From positions 1 to 63,556 of the forward strand of contig JALGVJ010000021.1 of assembly GCA_029838195.1 (NCBI GenBank): a DNA stretch of 63,556 nucleotides, given 5' to 3'. Origin of the DNA: Promethearchaeota archaeon. GTDB taxonomy: Archaea > Asgardarchaeota > Lokiarchaeia > Sigyniarchaeales > SOKP01. Below the pieces are notes generated by a model. The model was not told the DNA's origin and ran no database searches. It worked only from the letters and a program-made list of their open reading frames with translations. The position numbers and the translations under genes are program-made. Positions 62,234 to 63,556 of this stretch are shown here, one piece after another. Positions within the stretch are counted from its first letter, which is position 1. Every line of letters begins with the position of its first letter.

Positions 62234-62883
62234 TACTCCGTAAGCACTTTTTTTTTGATAATTTTTCTCAATGAAACACTAAGGCTGGATTTCGATTTAT
62301 TTAATTTCCGTGCTAAATCTTCCAACGAAATCCTCCTTGGAATTTCAAAAAATCCCGTCTCTATTGCGGTTTTTAAAATATATTCTTCTTCAGCATTTAA
62401 TCGATTTTTTTCCTCGGTACTTTGGCTGGGGGCATTTCCAATCCTTAATAATTCGTATTCTATATTTTTTTCATCAAAAACATGTAATAAATCCATGATT
62501 CTCGTTCGCTGTGCGATCAATTTCCAATAGGCATGGTTTTCTTTTACTCGAACAGGAAAGTCAATCAAGACCCCACATTTAATCACGGCATATAAAAGGA
62601 ACGGATCTCTCGTTTTCACGTTAAAGCGAACTCTATTTTCTTCTCGCTCTAAAATGTCAAAAGCATGAACTGACGGATGAGATTTAATTTTTTCAATGAT
62701 CCCATCGATTTTAAAGTGTTTTATCTCAACAACGGCATTTCCAATCGATTTTTCCAGATCATAAGGAAGGAAATAAAATATTTCCATGTGAACATCCTTA
62801 AATTCCTTGAATACTTGAGAAATCCAGATCTCTTCCGGAAAGCGGATCTTTATCCTTGCCAAGGAAAGCTTATCCTCATTCAT
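62230..62883 (-). CDS. Archaeal HTH-10 (bacterio-opsin activator-type) transcriptional regulator
   Basis: C-terminal L...E..IL..A...GFFEIPRRISLEDLA..L..SKSSL...LRK. Confidence 0.88.
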   Translation of the reverse strand: MNEDKLSLARIKIRFPEEIWISQVFKEFKDVHMEIFYFLPYDLEKSIGNAVVEIKHFKIDGIIEKIKSHPSVHAFDILEREENRVRFNVKTRDPFLLYAVIKCGVLIDFPVRVKENHAYWKLIAQRTRIMDLLHVFDEKNIEYELLRIGNAPSQSTEEKNRLNAEEEYILKTAIETGFFEIPRRISLEDLARKLNKSKSSLSVSLRKIIKKKVLTEY

Positions 62884-62979
62884 GATCCTCCCTAATTTCC
62901 TCCGTTCTATCTACTTTAATTTATTACCAAATAGTTTTTTTAAAAAAGGATTAATCTCTTAAAGCTATTTCTCTGCTAA

Positions 62980-63556
62980 TTATCTTCTTTTTTTCCTTGA
63001 AATTCTTATCTTTTTTCCCATTAAATAGAGAATACAACATCCGATATTGCAAATAGGCATTAATCCGCGCTCTTTAATTAGTGAGCGAAATTTATCATAG
63101 TGGGGGGAATTCCAAATCTCGGTAAAGGTACGGTCATATAAGTTTCCAAGAGTTAAATCATAGAAAATGTGACAGGGTGCCACATCTCCATTTGCCATGA
63201 TATCCACGGCTTTCCACGGACTGGCGCAACCTTGATATAAATCCACCATGTCATGCCACCTGGCCTCATCATACGCTTGCAAATTGTCGGAAGTAAAAGT
63301 GGGCGGTAATAACAAAATATTTTTACCCCGTGAATGATAATGGTCTAAAATCTTAGAAACTTGATTTGCTATATCATCATAATCCATCGGAATAAAATCT
63401 TCGTGCCGTCGAACTAACCCCTTCCAATACAAGTCGGAATCTATGTTTAATTCTTTTTTAAGCAATGTCGCAAAAGCTTTTCCCATTTCTTCCGTAATAA
63501 AATTATACATTTGAATGGTGATCCAATCCACCATCTCAAGATTCAAATCGCTCAAG
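62980..63556 (-). CDS. Radical SAM/SPASM-domain protein, C-terminal part (start lies beyond the right edge)
   Basis: C.SPW....I..NGDVAPC......LGNL.....EIWNS.....FR......PIC..GCC. Confidence 0.85.
   Translation of the reverse strand, partial: LSDLNLEMVDWITIQMYNFITEEMGKAFATLLKKELNIDSDLYWKGLVRRHEDFIPMDYDDIANQVSKILDHYHSRGKNILLLPPTFTSDNLQAYDEARWHDMVDLYQGCASPWKAVDIMANGDVAPCHIFYDLTLGNLYDRTFTEIWNSPHYDKFRSLIKERGLMPICNIGCCILYLMGKKIRISRKKRR

Noticed and set aside
4510-62895. Many 60-125 aa antisense or alternate-frame ORFs nested in long genes
   Set aside because: They overlap well-supported CDSs and show no independent motifs
1-63556. Genome-wide reassignment of UGA (Trp/Gly codes)
   Set aside because: TGA ends ordinary full-length genes here (24145-24147, 31732-31734, 34660-34662, 57077-57079), and the internal TGAs align with Cys, not Trp or Gly
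1-63556. CRISPR arrays, tRNA/rRNA genes (including tRNA-Sec), transposases
   Set aside because: No regularly spaced repeats, cloverleaf-like or GC-rich structural RNA blocks, or transposase/integrase motifs seen

Overview
AT-rich archaeal window, most likely from an Asgard archaeon (Lokiarchaeia-like). This is inferred from the archaeal/eukaryotic ribosomal protein uL16 (L10e), Rag-like and MglA-like small GTPases, an arrestin-fold protein and a eukaryote-type SECIS. The main result is hidden from the ORF track. The fragments at 15220-17657 (minus strand) are two intact selenoprotein genes: hdrA (17657..15708, 649 aa, three in-frame TGA) and mvhD/vhuD (15702..15220, 160 aa, two in-frame TGA). 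All five TGAs align to Cys in Cys-encoding paralogs in the same cluster. The genes are 5 nt apart and are followed by one AUGA/GA-core SECIS hairpin whose UGA is also the mvhD stop codon. They head a ~13 kb cluster: hdrA(Sec)-mvhD(Sec)-frhB-frhB-hdrD-like-hdrA-mvhD-hdrA. The cluster has no hydrogenase or formate dehydrogenase catalytic subunit, which suggests F420H2-linked electron bifurcation. The rest of the window holds sugar uptake and hydrolysis genes, an isobutyryl-CoA-mutase-type B12 enzyme set, a probable pseudo-enzyme acyl-CoA synthetase, eukaryotic-signature-like proteins and housekeeping genes. I saw no rRNA, tRNA, CRISPR array or mobile element. All family calls come from motif recognition by eye, not database searches.
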